The notes under the pieces are model-generated. The model did not search any database, was not told where the DNA came from, and was given only the letters and a program-made list of their open reading frames with translations. A stretch of DNA of 64,000 bases from an uncultured Prevotellaceae bacterium (GTDB taxonomy: Bacteria > Bacteroidota > Bacteroidia > Bacteroidales > Bacteroidaceae), in the NCBI GenBank assembly GCA_963517315.1, contig CAUQEF010000008.1, positions 11,454-75,453 of the forward strand, read 5' to 3'. Of this stretch, positions 13,910-24,738 are shown one piece after another. Position numbers and translations under genes: made by a program. Within the stretch, counting starts at the first letter, position 1. Each line of letters starts with the position of its first letter.

Positions 13910-14182
13910 TGTCGTAAGGGGGATTGATGAGGAGAGGGCGCAGCGATATTCTCGCCGCGGGTGTTCAAGTTTTGTGCGACTCGTTTCTGCTCGTCATAGA
14001 GAGGAAGCGAAAGATCTCGTCGGCGTGCTGAACTCCACTGCAAAGGTGGGAAATATATTTGGGCCAAGCAAGGTCGGTGATGAGAAATGTTTGAGATGAA
14101 ATCCCTCGGCTGCGCGCAGTTCGTGGCGAGGCCGCCGGTCGGCGTGCGAGAGGGAGAGAGACCGCGCGACGAGGCCGGAGAA

Positions 14183-14262
14183 AAAGTGGCCGTGTTTTGA
14201 GCGAAACCGGCCGACTTTTGCGCGAAAGTTGGGATGTTTTTTTCGCTTCTCCGCGGGTTTTG
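14183..14262. repeat. 21-bp-period degenerate palindromic array
   Basis: Half-sites at 14193, 14214, 14235, 14256; 14213-14234 is identical to 949-970. Confidence 0.85.
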
Positions 14263-14576
14263 GAGGAGAGGGCGCAGCTGTTGTCGCCGACTCGCCGCCG
14301 GTGTCGCTGAACCTGCGCGTGGCGGTGGGAAAGATGGGCGTGCCGTGCGGCATGTTCTCGCCCCGGTGCAGATGATTCGCAGGTCTGACGCGGCGCTTGG
14401 CCTGCGGCGAAAAAAACGGCAGCCCCCGCGCCGAGAGAAGGGTGCGGGGGCTGCCGTTGAGGGGAGGAAGAGCGGGCGAAGAGCGCAGGGGGGAAAGTCG
14501 CGCGCGTGCCGCCGATCGTTTCGTCGTGCGGCGTCGTGCCGAAAGTGGAGGCGGCGGGGCGTCGTGCGGCGCTGGG

Positions 14577-15260
14577 TTATCGATTCACCACGCGCGCCGA
14601 GATGATGCGCACCTCTTCGAGCGGGCGGTCGTTGGCATCGGTGGCCACGCGCTGTATTTTGTCGATCACGGCGAGGCCTTTCACCACTTCGCCGAACACG
14701 GTGTACTGCCCGTCGAGATGCGGTGCGCCGCCGGTGTGTTCGTATTCTTCGGCCATGGCGGGGGTGATGGTGCCCTCCTGACCGGTGGCCTCATCGACGC
14801 GGGCACGAATAGGAGCGAGGAGTGCCGGTGTGAAGGTCTTGCCCCAAACGATGTAGAACTGCGTGGCGCTGCTGCGCCGGCCGGGGTTCACGTCGTCGGC
14901 CTCGCGCGCCATGGCCAGCGCGCCGCGGCGATGATAGTGATAGGGAAGATCGAATTCCGGGGGGAGGGTTTCTTTGCGGTCGGCTTCGCCCAGCCGAGTG
15001 CCGGGAGCGGCGTGCCGTGAGGTGGAGTCGCCCGTCTGCACCATGAAGTCGCGGATGACGCGGTGGAAGAGCAGCCCGTCGTAGTAGCCGGCACGCACCA
15101 GTTGTTCGAAATGCCGGGAGTGAATGGGCGTGTCGGGCAGGAGGCGCACGGTGAAGTTGCCGGCGGTGGTGACAAACTCCACGCGAGTGTCGCGCCGCGC
15201 TCGGCCGGGGAGCGGAAAGAGGAGGATGAGGGCGAAGAGGAAGGCAAAGAGGCGGAGCAT
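14577..15260 (-). CDS. Cyclophilin-type peptidyl-prolyl cis-trans isomerase (exported)
   Basis: YYDGLLFHRVIRDFMVQTGD, HRRGALAMAR, SSATQFYIV, HLDGQYTVFGEV. Confidence 0.93.
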   Translation of the reverse strand: MLRLFAFLFALILLFPLPGRARRDTRVEFVTTAGNFTVRLLPDTPIHSRHFEQLVRAGYYDGLLFHRVIRDFMVQTGDSTSRHAAPGTRLGEADRKETLPPEFDLPYHYHRRGALAMAREADDVNPGRRSSATQFYIVWGKTFTPALLAPIRARVDEATGQEGTITPAMAEEYEHTGGAPHLDGQYTVFGEVVKGLAVIDKIQRVATDANDRPLEEVRIISARVVNR

Positions 15261-15272
15261 GGTGAGCAAAGA

Positions 15273-16472
15273 TTAGGCGGCGGGGAGTTCTTTCTTCTTT
15301 TCTCCCGTGTCGCAGGTGCGGGCGTAGTGGCTGATGGAGAGGATGATGCCGAAATAGATGCCGGTGATGAGGTTCGACGTGCCGCCCTTGGAGATGAGTG
15401 GGAGAGGTTGTCCGGTGACCGGCACCAAGTCCACGGAGACGGCCATGTTGGCGAGGGCTTGGATGAGGAGGATGATGCCGATGCCCATCACGATGAAGGC
15501 CGGTGGTCGGCCGGTGCACTGTTTGGCAATAAGGTAGGTGCGGGTGAAGAGGGTCATGTAGAGCGCCACTACCAGAAAGCAGCCTAAGAGACCGAGTTCT
15601 TCGCCGATGATGGCAAAGATGAAGTCGGAGTAGGCGGCAGAAAGGTAGTCGCGCTGCACCGAACGCCCTGGGCCGCGACCGATCACGCCGCTGCGGGCAA
15701 AGGCGATGCGGGCGTGGGTGACTTGTCGGTTCTTGTCGGTGATGACATAATCGCGGGGATTTTCAGGCTGCTTTTCACTACTCTTCATGCGTGACTCCCA
15801 CGTGCTGAAGCGTTGGGTCACGGTGCTGTTGGCACCAAAGATGATCCAGAACGAAGCCAAGGTGAGAATGGCCAGCACGGTGAAGGCGGCGATGCTTTGC
15901 AGGAAGTTGCGCCAAGGCACATTGCCGATGAAGAGAATGACAAAAACCGAGACCACGAGCATGGCGGCGGTGGAGAGGTTCTGCGGCGCGATGAGGGCAA
16001 AAGAAATAAAGGTGGGGATGAGCACCGAAAAGGAGATCTTTCGGGTGGTGCCGTCGGCTTTCTGCGCGTTGGCCGTGAAGGCGGTGACATAAAGGATGAG
16101 GCAGAGCTTGTTGAGTTCGGAGGGTTGGAAACTGAATCCGAAGATCGTGAGCCAGCGTGCACCGTTGTTGATGTTTTGCCCCGCGAAATAGGTGACACCG
16201 AGCAGGACGTAGGAAATGATACCGCCGATGGCTGCGAGGTAAAACAGGTAGCGAAAGTGAATGTATTGCACCACGAAGGCGGTGAAGCCGGCCAGCACTA
16301 AGTAGCATGTCTGCCTGATCAGCGGAGAGAAGTAGCTGTTTTCTTTGATGGTCAGGTAACTGCCGGCGCTATACACCTCGATGAGTGAGATGAAACACAG
16401 GAAGATGAAGATGGTCCATACCGTGAAGTCGCCGGCAAAGAGGCGGGGGCGTTTTTGGAGGATGAGGTTCAT
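15273..16472 (-). CDS. ftsW: Cell division SEDS protein FtsW
   Basis: NNGARW..FSFQPSE, AYSDFIFAIIGEELG, PVTGQPLPLISKGGTS; follows murD. Confidence 0.92.
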   Translation of the reverse strand: MNLILQKRPRLFAGDFTVWTIFIFLCFISLIEVYSAGSYLTIKENSYFSPLIRQTCYLVLAGFTAFVVQYIHFRYLFYLAAIGGIISYVLLGVTYFAGQNINNGARWLTIFGFSFQPSELNKLCLILYVTAFTANAQKADGTTRKISFSVLIPTFISFALIAPQNLSTAAMLVVSVFVILFIGNVPWRNFLQSIAAFTVLAILTLASFWIIFGANSTVTQRFSTWESRMKSSEKQPENPRDYVITDKNRQVTHARIAFARSGVIGRGPGRSVQRDYLSAAYSDFIFAIIGEELGLLGCFLVVALYMTLFTRTYLIAKQCTGRPPAFIVMGIGIILLIQALANMAVSVDLVPVTGQPLPLISKGGTSNLITGIYFGIILSISHYARTCDTGEKKKELPAA

Positions 16473-16499
16473 GGGAGGGCGATGGACAGTGGGCAGCGC

Positions 16500-17888
16500 T
16501 TATGCGCCGCGTACAAGGTTTTTGAATTGTTCGCCGCGGTCTTCCATGTTCTTGAACAGGTCGAACGAGGCGCAGCAGGGCGAAAGGAGTACGGTGTCTC
16601 CGCGCTGTGCCAGCCGACGGCAGGCGGCGACGCAGTCGGCCATGCTGTGGGTGTCGGCCACGGCGATGCCGTTGGCCTTGGCGAGCGCGTCGAAGACTTC
16701 GTGGAGCTTGGTGTTGTCGGCGCCCAAATAGACGAGGGCGCGACATTTGCGCCGCACGAGGTCGTGGAGGGTGGTGTAGTCGTTGCCCTTGTCAAGACCG
16801 CCGACGATGAGCACGGTGGGGGCGGTTTGCGCGTCGAGCGCCACGAAGCAGGCATCGACGTTGGTGGCCTTGGAGTCGTTGACATAGTGCACACCGTCGA
16901 AGGTGCCCACGCGTTCCAAACGGTGTTCCACGCCCGGGAAATCGGAAAGGCAGCGGGCGAGGGTCTCGACCTCGACACCCGCCGCGAGGGTGGCGAGGGT
17001 GGCGGCTTGACAGTTGCGGAGGTTGTGCTTGCCCGGAAGCGAGAGTTGCGAGAGCAGTTGCGAGAAAGCGCGCGGTTGTTCGACCACGAGGCGCGCTCCT
17101 TCGCCGAATCCGTAGCTGTCATCGCCCTCAACTCCGCTGCCGTAGGCGGCGAGGCCGCTGCGCTGCCGGTCGGCAAAGGGCAACGGCTGTGCGAGATGCG
17201 CGTGACGTGCCAGTTCGGTGGGGATGTATTCGTCGTCGGCCCAATAGACGAAGTAGTCTTCCGGTTGCTGGTTGCGGATGATGCGCATTTTCGATTCGAC
17301 GTAGCGCTGCATCACGTAGCCGTAGCGATCGAGATGGTCGGGGGTGATGTTGAGCAACACGGCGATGTGGGCGCGGAAGTCGTACATGTTGTCGAGCTGG
17401 AAGGAGGAGATTTCGAGCACAAACCAGTCGGGATCGCCCTTTTCGTCGTTCTCAGCCACGCGCAGTGCCATGGAGCGGCCGATGTTGCCGGCGAGCTCCA
17501 CGTTGTAGCCCGCTTCGCGCAGGATGTGGTAGATGAGCGACGTGGTCGTGGTCTTGCCGTTTGAACCGGTGATGCAGAGGAATTTCGCCTGCGTGTAGCG
17601 GGCGGCAAACTCTAATTCCGAAACGACGGGAATACCCTTCTCGGTCAACGCCTTCACCATGGGGGCATCGTCGGGGATGCCGGGGCTTTTCACCACTTCG
17701 TCCGCGTCGAGTATCCGTTCGGCGGTGTGCGTGCCTTCTTCCCACGGCAGTGCGTGGGCGTCGAGCAGGCTTTTGTAGTGCGAACGAATGGTGCCGCGAT
17801 CGGAAACAAAGACTTCATAGCCTTGGCGCTGGGCGAGAATGGCGGCGCCGACTCCACTTTCGGCGGCACCGAGAACGACAAGTTTCAT
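16500..17888 (-). CDS. murD: UDP-N-acetylmuramoyl-L-alanine--D-glutamate ligase
   Basis: VVKSPGIP, ITGSNGKTTT, NITPDHLDRY, VNDSKATN, LLSPCCASFD. Confidence 0.96.
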   Translation of the reverse strand: MKLVVLGAAESGVGAAILAQRQGYEVFVSDRGTIRSHYKSLLDAHALPWEEGTHTAERILDADEVVKSPGIPDDAPMVKALTEKGIPVVSELEFAARYTQAKFLCITGSNGKTTTTSLIYHILREAGYNVELAGNIGRSMALRVAENDEKGDPDWFVLEISSFQLDNMYDFRAHIAVLLNITPDHLDRYGYVMQRYVESKMRIIRNQQPEDYFVYWADDEYIPTELARHAHLAQPLPFADRQRSGLAAYGSGVEGDDSYGFGEGARLVVEQPRAFSQLLSQLSLPGKHNLRNCQAATLATLAAGVEVETLARCLSDFPGVEHRLERVGTFDGVHYVNDSKATNVDACFVALDAQTAPTVLIVGGLDKGNDYTTLHDLVRRKCRALVYLGADNTKLHEVFDALAKANGIAVADTHSMADCVAACRRLAQRGDTVLLSPCCASFDLFKNMEDRGEQFKNLVRGA

Positions 17889-17906
17889 AGTTTCGGGGGA
17901 AAAGGG

Positions 17907-19178
17907 TTATCGAATTTTGAGGGTGATGATGGTCAGTGCGGCCAAAATGATGGTGGTGATCCAGAAACGAACAGTGATCTTCGCTTCGTGCCAAGCGCCC
18001 TTGGGCCAGTTGCGCACAAGATAGGTCGAGGTGGGATCGAGTTGCGAATCGAGTCGGCGGAACGAGTCGTGGATGGGGGTGCTCTTGAACACTCGGACGC
18101 GACGACCGCGGCGCTTGAAGAACTTGAACACCTGCGTTTGGACGATGACACTCACGCTCTCGAAGAGGAACACGCCGCAGAGCAGGGGCACGAGCAACTC
18201 TTTGTGGATGATAATGGCCAATACGCCGATGATGCCACCGATGGTGAGCGAACCGGTGTCGCCCATAAACACCTGCGCAGGGTAGGCGTTATACCAAAGG
18301 AAACCGATGAGTGCGCCGACGGTGGCGCAGATGAAGATGACCAGCTCCTGCGATCCGGGCACAAACATGATGTTCAGATAGGAAGCATACTCGACGTGGC
18401 TCGAAACGTAGGCCAGTATGCCGAGCGCAATGCAGATGAAGGCGCTGTTGCCCGCGGCCATACCGTCCATTCCGTCGTTGAGATTCGCGCCGTTTGACAC
18501 GGCAGTGGTGACAATGATGACCATAATGACGAAAACCACCCAACCGGCCGTCTGTTTGTGTTCACCGAGGAAACCGACGAGATCGGCATAGTCGAAATTG
18601 TTGTTCTTCACAAAGGGAATGGTGGTCTTGGTGCTTTTGACGGCTTCGCCTTTGTGGATGATTTCGATCTTGTCGCCCACGCGACCGCGCTCCATATTTT
18701 CGCGGATCACGGCATCGGGACTGAGATAGAGGGTGAGTCCGACGATGAGCCCCATGACCACTTGCCCCAAAATCTTGTAACGGCCGGCCAACCCTTCTTT
18801 GTTTTTCTTGAAGATCTTGATGTAGTCGTCGAGAAAACCGATGATGCCGAACCACAGGGTGGTGGCGATCATGAGCAGGGTGTAGATGTTGCGCAGACGG
18901 CCGAGAAGGAGGGTGGGAATGAGGATGGCCACGATGATGATGATGCCACCCATGGAGGGAACGCCCACTTTGTTCACGCCAAAGGGGTCGATGCTGGCAT
19001 CGCGGGCGGTCTCACCGATGTTGCGACGCTTCATCCATTTGATGAAATACTCGCCGAACCACATGGAAATGATGAGGCCGAGAATCAGTGCAAGGAGTGA
19101 ACGGAAGGAAATGTAGCTCCACAGCGCCGAACCGGGGATCCCGAATTGTTCGAGTGCACGAAAAAGGTAATAAAGCAT
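17907..19178 (-). CDS. mraY: Phospho-N-acetylmuramoyl-pentapeptide transferase
   Basis: PSMGG, IGFLDDYIK, SNGANLNDGMDG, PAQVFMGDTGS. Confidence 0.96.
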   Translation of the reverse strand: MLYYLFRALEQFGIPGSALWSYISFRSLLALILGLIISMWFGEYFIKWMKRRNIGETARDASIDPFGVNKVGVPSMGGIIIIVAILIPTLLLGRLRNIYTLLMIATTLWFGIIGFLDDYIKIFKKNKEGLAGRYKILGQVVMGLIVGLTLYLSPDAVIRENMERGRVGDKIEIIHKGEAVKSTKTTIPFVKNNNFDYADLVGFLGEHKQTAGWVVFVIMVIIVTTAVSNGANLNDGMDGMAAGNSAFICIALGILAYVSSHVEYASYLNIMFVPGSQELVIFICATVGALIGFLWYNAYPAQVFMGDTGSLTIGGIIGVLAIIIHKELLVPLLCGVFLFESVSVIVQTQVFKFFKRRGRRVRVFKSTPIHDSFRRLDSQLDPTSTYLVRNWPKGAWHEAKITVRFWITTIILAALTIITLKIR

Positions 19179-19225
19179 GGTGAAAGGAGAAAAAAGTGGG
19201 GAAGAGACGATAAAAAGGCCGTTGG

Positions 19226-20674
19226 TCAGCAGCCAAAGGCGGCTCGTACTTCTTCGTGATCGTCGAAATGGTGTTTGACGCCTTCGATTTCTTGGTAAGG
19301 CTCGTGGCCTTTTCCGGCGATAAGGATGACATCTCCGGGCTGTGCCATGGCGGCAGCGGCGCGAATGGCTTCGCGGCGATCGGTGATGCTGAGGGTTTTG
19401 GCGCGTTGCTCGTCGTCGAGACCGGCCAACATGTCATGAATGATGTCTTCCGGGCGTTCGAAGCGGGGATTGTCGGAGGTGATGATCACTTGGTCGGATT
19501 GTAGTGCCGCTTCTTGCGCCATGAGGGGACGCTTCCCCTTGTCGCGGTTGCCGCCGGCGCCGCAAACGGTGATGATGCGGCCGTTTTTGCCGATGACATC
19601 GTGAATGGCTTGCAGCACATTGGCCAAAGCGTCAGGTGTATGGGCGTAGTCGATCACGGCGCTGAAGCCTTTTGGCGAACGAATGGCTTCAAAGCGTCCG
19701 TTGACGGGGCGAAGTCCCGACATCACGCGCAGGATTTCGTCCCGATCGGTACCGAGCATCACGGCGGCGCCGTAGACACACAATAAGTTGCTGACATTGA
19801 AACGGCCGACGAAGGGGACGCTCACTTCGCGTCCGTCGATTTCGAGGAGCATGCCCTCGATGCTTTCTTCGATGATGCGACCTTTGAAGTCGGCTGCCGC
19901 ACGTGTGCTATACGTCTTCACATTGGCCGCGCAGTTTTGCACCATAATCATGCCATTGCGGTCGTCGGCGTTCGTAATGGCGAAGGATTCCTTACTCAAA
20001 CCGTCGAAAAACATCTTTTTCGCGTCGCGATAGTGCTCGAAAGTGCCGTGATAGTCGAGGTGGTCGCGGGTGAGGTTGGTGAAAAGTGCGCCTTCGAAGT
20101 GCAAACCGCCGATGCGGTGCTGATGAATGGAGTGCGACGAGCATTCCATGAAGGCATAATCGCAGCCGGCTTCGACCATTTCGGCCAAAAGCGCGTTGAG
20201 CGAGATCGGATCGGGGGTGGTGTGGGTGGCTTCCACGGGGCGATCGTCGATATAGTTGCACACCGTCGAGATCAATCCCACTTTATAGCCCAAACCGCGG
20301 TAGAGTTGATAGAGCACGGTGGCAACCGTCGTCTTGCCGTTGGTGCCGGTCACGCCGACGAGGCGAAGTTTGCGCGAGGGGTCGCCGTAAAAACGGGTGG
20401 CGATCGTGCCGACCAAACTTTCGGTGTCGGCCATGCGAACGAGGGTGAGGGAGTTCGGAGCTTCGACGGGCTCGCACACCAAAACGGCGGCGGCTCCGTT
20501 CTCAATGGCCTTGTCCACAAACGCGTGGCCGTCGGTTTGGGTGCCTTTGACGGCCACAAAGAGGAAACCCGGGCGGACACAGCGGGAGTCAATGGCAATG
20601 CCGGTGATGTCGGTCTCGAGGTTACCGACGAACTCGACAATTTCTGTCGATAAAAGTAGATCCTTTAAGTGCAT
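19226..20674 (-). CDS. murE: UDP-MurNAc-dipeptide--meso-diaminopimelate ligase
   Basis: [36 protein letters not shown] (mDAP-specific), AGKGHE. Confidence 0.96.
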   Translation of the reverse strand: MHLKDLLLSTEIVEFVGNLETDITGIAIDSRCVRPGFLFVAVKGTQTDGHAFVDKAIENGAAAVLVCEPVEAPNSLTLVRMADTESLVGTIATRFYGDPSRKLRLVGVTGTNGKTTVATVLYQLYRGLGYKVGLISTVCNYIDDRPVEATHTTPDPISLNALLAEMVEAGCDYAFMECSSHSIHQHRIGGLHFEGALFTNLTRDHLDYHGTFEHYRDAKKMFFDGLSKESFAITNADDRNGMIMVQNCAANVKTYSTRAAADFKGRIIEESIEGMLLEIDGREVSVPFVGRFNVSNLLCVYGAAVMLGTDRDEILRVMSGLRPVNGRFEAIRSPKGFSAVIDYAHTPDALANVLQAIHDVIGKNGRIITVCGAGGNRDKGKRPLMAQEAALQSDQVIITSDNPRFERPEDIIHDMLAGLDDEQRAKTLSITDRREAIRAAAAMAQPGDVILIAGKGHEPYQEIEGVKHHFDDHEEVRAAFGC

Positions 20675-20683
20675 GATGTAGGA

Positions 20684-23221
20684 TTATGACTTAGCGCCCT
20701 TGGGCGTTTTTTTATTGGGAGAGGGTTCGCGCTTTTCGCTTTTGGAGGCGGAAGAGGAATTTGTGGAGCGCGAACTGCCGGATGAGGCGGTGGTTTTGGA
20801 AGATGAGGAGGAACTCTTGGAGGGCGAGGAAGGTATCAACTTTTGTTCCTTGTGCTTCTCATTCGTCGCGGGATGAGATGGGCTTGCTTTCGTCGTTTTT
20901 TTCGTTTCGCTACTCGTTTTGGTTGATTGCCGGGGCTTGTCCGTTTCAGCGTGCGACGATTCTTTGGGTTGCTGCGTACTGTCTTTCTTTTCAATGGGCA
21001 GACCGTACATGCGTCTGAATGCTTGATCTTCGTTCTCCGAGAGATGTCGTTCGTCGTTGAGCGAAAGCAGTAAGCCGACACGCATTCCGCGTTTGATCTG
21101 CGCACCTGGGGCGATGCTTTGCCGCACCACATGCCCGACACCGGTGGCTTTGACGTGCAGCCCCATGCGTTCGAGCCGATAGACGGCATCGCGGAGTCCG
21201 TAGCCGATAAGCGACGGCATGCCCTGCGTGTGGCTTTCTTGAGTGAGGACAACGCGCTTGTCTTCGCCCGCATTGCTGCCCCACACAATACCCGAGGCCG
21301 TGACGGGAAGTCCCTGCTGTCCCATGCCGAAGGCGTTGAGCACATGGTTGAGCGCGTTGAGATTGCCGGCGGCCATAAAGGGCAGCGTGTGTCGTTGAGC
21401 GGTGCTGTCGCGTGCTGCCCGATAATCGGGATTGAGGTCGCGTGCCATCACCGTTTCGGCGATTTTTTTGAACACCGGCCCGCAGTGGGCGCCACCATAG
21501 GCGGGAGCCGTTTTCTCAATGCAGACAATCATGGAGTATTTTGGTCGGTCGGTCGGAAAATAGCCGGCAAAGCTCACCAAATAGTTGGCCGCAAAACCGT
21601 GTTTACTCCAGATTTGTGCTGTACCGGTCTTGCCGGCTATGCGGAAATACTTCGAATAGGCCGCTTTCCCCGTTCCACTGTTTTTCTCCACAACGCCTTC
21701 GAGGCAGGTCTGAATGTCGCGGAGTGTTTGGTCTTTGCACATCTTTTCGCGCAAAACCACTACGGGAAAATCTTTCACCACCTCGTCGTTGCGTCTGATC
21801 TCGGTGACAAAACGCGGTTGCACGAGCTTTCCGCCGTTGGCCACGCCGTTGTAGAAGGTCAAAGTGGAAATCGGCGGCACCTGTGTTTCGTAGCCGATGC
21901 TCATCCACGGGAGCGTTGTGCCATACCATCGGCTGGGATTGTCGCGTTTGTAGCGAATGCGCGGCACGCGGTAGCCGGGAATGGGAATGTGCAAGTCTTC
22001 CATGACGCCGATGCGCTGCAGCCCTTCCACAAACTTGTCGGGATCGCGTCCATAGGCGCGGTCTATGAGGCCACTCACCCCCACATTGGAAGAGCGTTTG
22101 ATGATTTCCGGCACTGTCATCACACCGTTTCCCCCTTTTCGCCAGTCCGAATCGCGCATCTTGCGGCCGTAGATGTCTTTCACGCCCGATCCGGTGTCGT
22201 AGGTGGTGTTCATCGTGATTTTGCCGTCGTCCATCGCCACCATGAACGACATCGGTTTGAACACCGATCCCGGTTCCATCATGTTAGTCACGGCACGCGG
22301 TTCAATTTCTGCGTATGATCCGTCTTTGAGGCGCGAGAGCGACGAGATGGCCTTCACGTCTCCCGTTGCCACTTCCATCAAGATGCACATGCCGGCGCGG
22401 GCGTTGAGGCTTCGGAGTTGGTCGCCGAGTACTTTTTCTGTGAGGTCTTGTATGCCCACGTCGAGAGTCGTGACCACATCGCAACCGTCTTCGGCCAGCG
22501 TGTCCACAATATTAATACTGCGGTTCGACACCTTTTCGCGGTGAAACACGCCGGGACGTCCGCTCAGTTCGGCATCGAAGGCCAATTCCAGTCCGCTCAG
22601 TGCCGAATCGTTGTCCGTTCTCAGTTTTCCGACAGTGCGCGCAGCCAAATTTCCGTAAGGATTTTTGCGGCGGCGGAACTCCTCCGCTCGAAACCCGCCC
22701 TTACTCACCGGTAGGCGGAAGATCGGCAATTTTTTCAGTTCGGTGAGTTGGAGATAAGTGACTCGTTTGGGATAGAGCGAGATGTTGTGCTCTTTCCGGC
22801 GGCGGCCTTGTAGGATACGCAGCCGCAGTGTGTGGGGATTCACGTTGGGGAGAATCCGGTGCACGCCGTTGACAATACTGTCCATGTAGAAATGGAGCAG
22901 AGAGTCGCGAAGGTGCTGATCCTTCACCTTGCGTGCCGAGTCCGGTTCCCACGACATGGGATCGAAGTAGATGCGATATTCCGGCAAAGAGGTCGCCAGC
23001 ACCTGCCCGTCGGCCGAAAGGATATTGCCGCGGGTGGCCGGCAGCGGTTGGTTTTCGCTTTCAAACTTTTGCCCCACCGCCAGCCAATAATCGCGAGCCA
23101 CGATCATGAGGTAGCCCGCTTTGAGCAGAATCACCACACTCGAAACGGCAAAGAGTATGCCGATGATCTTGTAGCGACGCAGTGCTCTTTTCGTGTTGTA
23201 TTTTGGTTGATTGTCAGCCAT
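20684..23221 (-). CDS. ftsI: Class B penicillin-binding protein (FtsI/PBP3) with PASTA domain and long S/K/T-rich tail
   Basis: RGNILSADG, EPGSVFK (SxxK), SSN, KTGTAQ; dcw position. Confidence 0.92.
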   Translation of the reverse strand: MADNQPKYNTKRALRRYKIIGILFAVSSVVILLKAGYLMIVARDYWLAVGQKFESENQPLPATRGNILSADGQVLATSLPEYRIYFDPMSWEPDSARKVKDQHLRDSLLHFYMDSIVNGVHRILPNVNPHTLRLRILQGRRRKEHNISLYPKRVTYLQLTELKKLPIFRLPVSKGGFRAEEFRRRKNPYGNLAARTVGKLRTDNDSALSGLELAFDAELSGRPGVFHREKVSNRSINIVDTLAEDGCDVVTTLDVGIQDLTEKVLGDQLRSLNARAGMCILMEVATGDVKAISSLSRLKDGSYAEIEPRAVTNMMEPGSVFKPMSFMVAMDDGKITMNTTYDTGSGVKDIYGRKMRDSDWRKGGNGVMTVPEIIKRSSNVGVSGLIDRAYGRDPDKFVEGLQRIGVMEDLHIPIPGYRVPRIRYKRDNPSRWYGTTLPWMSIGYETQVPPISTLTFYNGVANGGKLVQPRFVTEIRRNDEVVKDFPVVVLREKMCKDQTLRDIQTCLEGVVEKNSGTGKAAYSKYFRIAGKTGTAQIWSKHGFAANYLVSFAGYFPTDRPKYSMIVCIEKTAPAYGGAHCGPVFKKIAETVMARDLNPDYRAARDSTAQRHTLPFMAAGNLNALNHVLNAFGMGQQGLPVTASGIVWGSNAGEDKRVVLTQESHTQGMPSLIGYGLRDAVYRLERMGLHVKATGVGHVVRQSIAPGAQIKRGMRVGLLLSLNDERHLSENEDQAFRRMYGLPIEKKDSTQQPKESSHAETDKPRQSTKTSSETKKTTKASPSHPATNEKHKEQKLIPSSPSKSSSSSSKTTASSGSSRSTNSSSASKSEKREPSPNKKTPKGAKS

Positions 23222-23247
23222 ATTCAGCGCATCTACACCTTTCGATT

Positions 23248-23781
23248 TTATTTGTCGTCTTCTTTATTGACCGTCAGTTCATAGGGACTTTCGGTGGGAG
23301 TGCAAAGTGTGGAGTCTGGCAATCGGTCTTCGATGTTAGACCGTAGCGTACGTTCCCTCAATTCGCTCGAACGCGTCAACGCTTTGTAGCGCCAGTCGAG
23401 CACTTCCTTGTTGAGACGGTCGTTCTCGATCATTTCTGCCCGCGTGATGTAGCCGAGTGCCACATAGATCAGCACAAGTATCACGATGCAGAGAAAAAAT
23501 CCCCAGTTGTTGCGAAACTTTTCACCGATGGTGGTGCCTTTCACCAATTCCACCAATGCTTTGCCACTGAAAGAAAGTTCATCGTCGTTCACCGAGATGA
23601 GAGACGACAGCACCATTTCGTCGTCGTTCTCTTTGTGCATCGTTTTTGCGGACTGCTTTTTCGCCCGGTCTTCCTGATTTTCGGTCAAGAGCTCTTCGGC
23701 CGGTGCAGCGTCGGCATCCGCGGCTTGCAGATGGTCGGCGGTCATGTCGGGAGTTGTGTTTTTTTCCATAGATAAGTGCAT
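23248..23781 (-). CDS. ftsL: FtsL-like cell division protein
   Basis: Single TM helix followed by coiled coil; between rsmH and ftsI; start may be 23769. Confidence 0.75.
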   Translation of the reverse strand: MHLSMEKNTTPDMTADHLQAADADAAPAEELLTENQEDRAKKQSAKTMHKENDDEMVLSSLISVNDDELSFSGKALVELVKGTTIGEKFRNNWGFFLCIVILVLIYVALGYITRAEMIENDRLNKEVLDWRYKALTRSSELRERTLRSNIEDRLPDSTLCTPTESPYELTVNKEDDK

Positions 23782-23792
23782 CCGTTAGCGAT

Positions 23793-24710
23793 TCAGCATT
23801 TTTCGGCCACGCGAAGTTTCGCGCTGCGGCTTCGAGGATTTTCGGCTTGTTCCTCGGCGCCGGGAATAATCACTTTGTTGTTCACCGGTCGCAGCGGTGA
23901 CAAGCGGTTGCCGTAGAAGTCCTGCTCCACTTTCCCCTCAATGTTGCCGGCGCGCATGAAGTTCTTCACCATTCTGTCCTCGAGACTGTGATAGGTGAGA
24001 ATCGAGAGGCGTCCTCCCGGCTTGAGCACACGAAGTGCCCCTTCGAGCAAGGCACGGAGCACGTCCATCTCGTGGTTCACCTCGATGCGCAAGGCTTGAA
24101 ACACCTTGGCCAAGTCCTTTTTCTCGCGCTCTTTCGGCACAAAGGGTTGCACGCAGGTGAGCAAATCGGCAATTTCGGCGAAAGGCTTTGCGCCGCGCGC
24201 CTTCACCACGGCCGAGGCCAAGCGTCTGGCGTTTTTCAGTTCGCCGAACAGGTGGAAAATGCGTGCCAAATCTGCTTCTTCATATGTGTTGAGCACCTCC
24301 GCCGCGGTCATCCCGCCGCGGGTGTTCATGCGCATGTCGAGCGGCGCGTCGAAACGGAAGGAAAACCCCCGCGTCTCGTCGTCAAAGTGGTGACTCGAAA
24401 CGCCCAAGTCCGCCAATACGCCGTCCACACCCTCTGTTTCGCCGTGATAGCGCATCCAGTTCGGCAGGAAACGAAAGTTTGCCGCCACGAACGTGAAGCG
24501 CTCATCGTCCGGCACGTTGTTTCGGGCATCGGCATCCTGATCGAAGCTATAAAGTCGGCCTTCCTGACCGAGGCGTCGGAGGATTTCGCGGCTGTGACCG
24601 CCCCCGCCGAAAGTCGCATCGACATAAATGCCGTCGGGACGCAGGTTGAGGCCGTCGACGGTCTCGTTGAGCAGTACCGGGATGTGGTAGGTGGAACAAA
24701 GAGTGGGCAT
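23793..24710 (-). CDS. rsmH: 16S rRNA m4C1402 methyltransferase RsmH/MraW
   Basis: HIPVLL, DATFGGGGHS, DLGVSSH, PLDMRM, FQALRIEVN, YHSLEDR, NPRSRSAKLR. Confidence 0.97.
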   Translation of the reverse strand: MPTLCSTYHIPVLLNETVDGLNLRPDGIYVDATFGGGGHSREILRRLGQEGRLYSFDQDADARNNVPDDERFTFVAANFRFLPNWMRYHGETEGVDGVLADLGVSSHHFDDETRGFSFRFDAPLDMRMNTRGGMTAAEVLNTYEEADLARIFHLFGELKNARRLASAVVKARGAKPFAEIADLLTCVQPFVPKEREKKDLAKVFQALRIEVNHEMDVLRALLEGALRVLKPGGRLSILTYHSLEDRMVKNFMRAGNIEGKVEQDFYGNRLSPLRPVNNKVIIPGAEEQAENPRSRSAKLRVAEKC

Positions 24711-24738
24711 GTGGTGTGATTTACGATATAGTAGCGAG

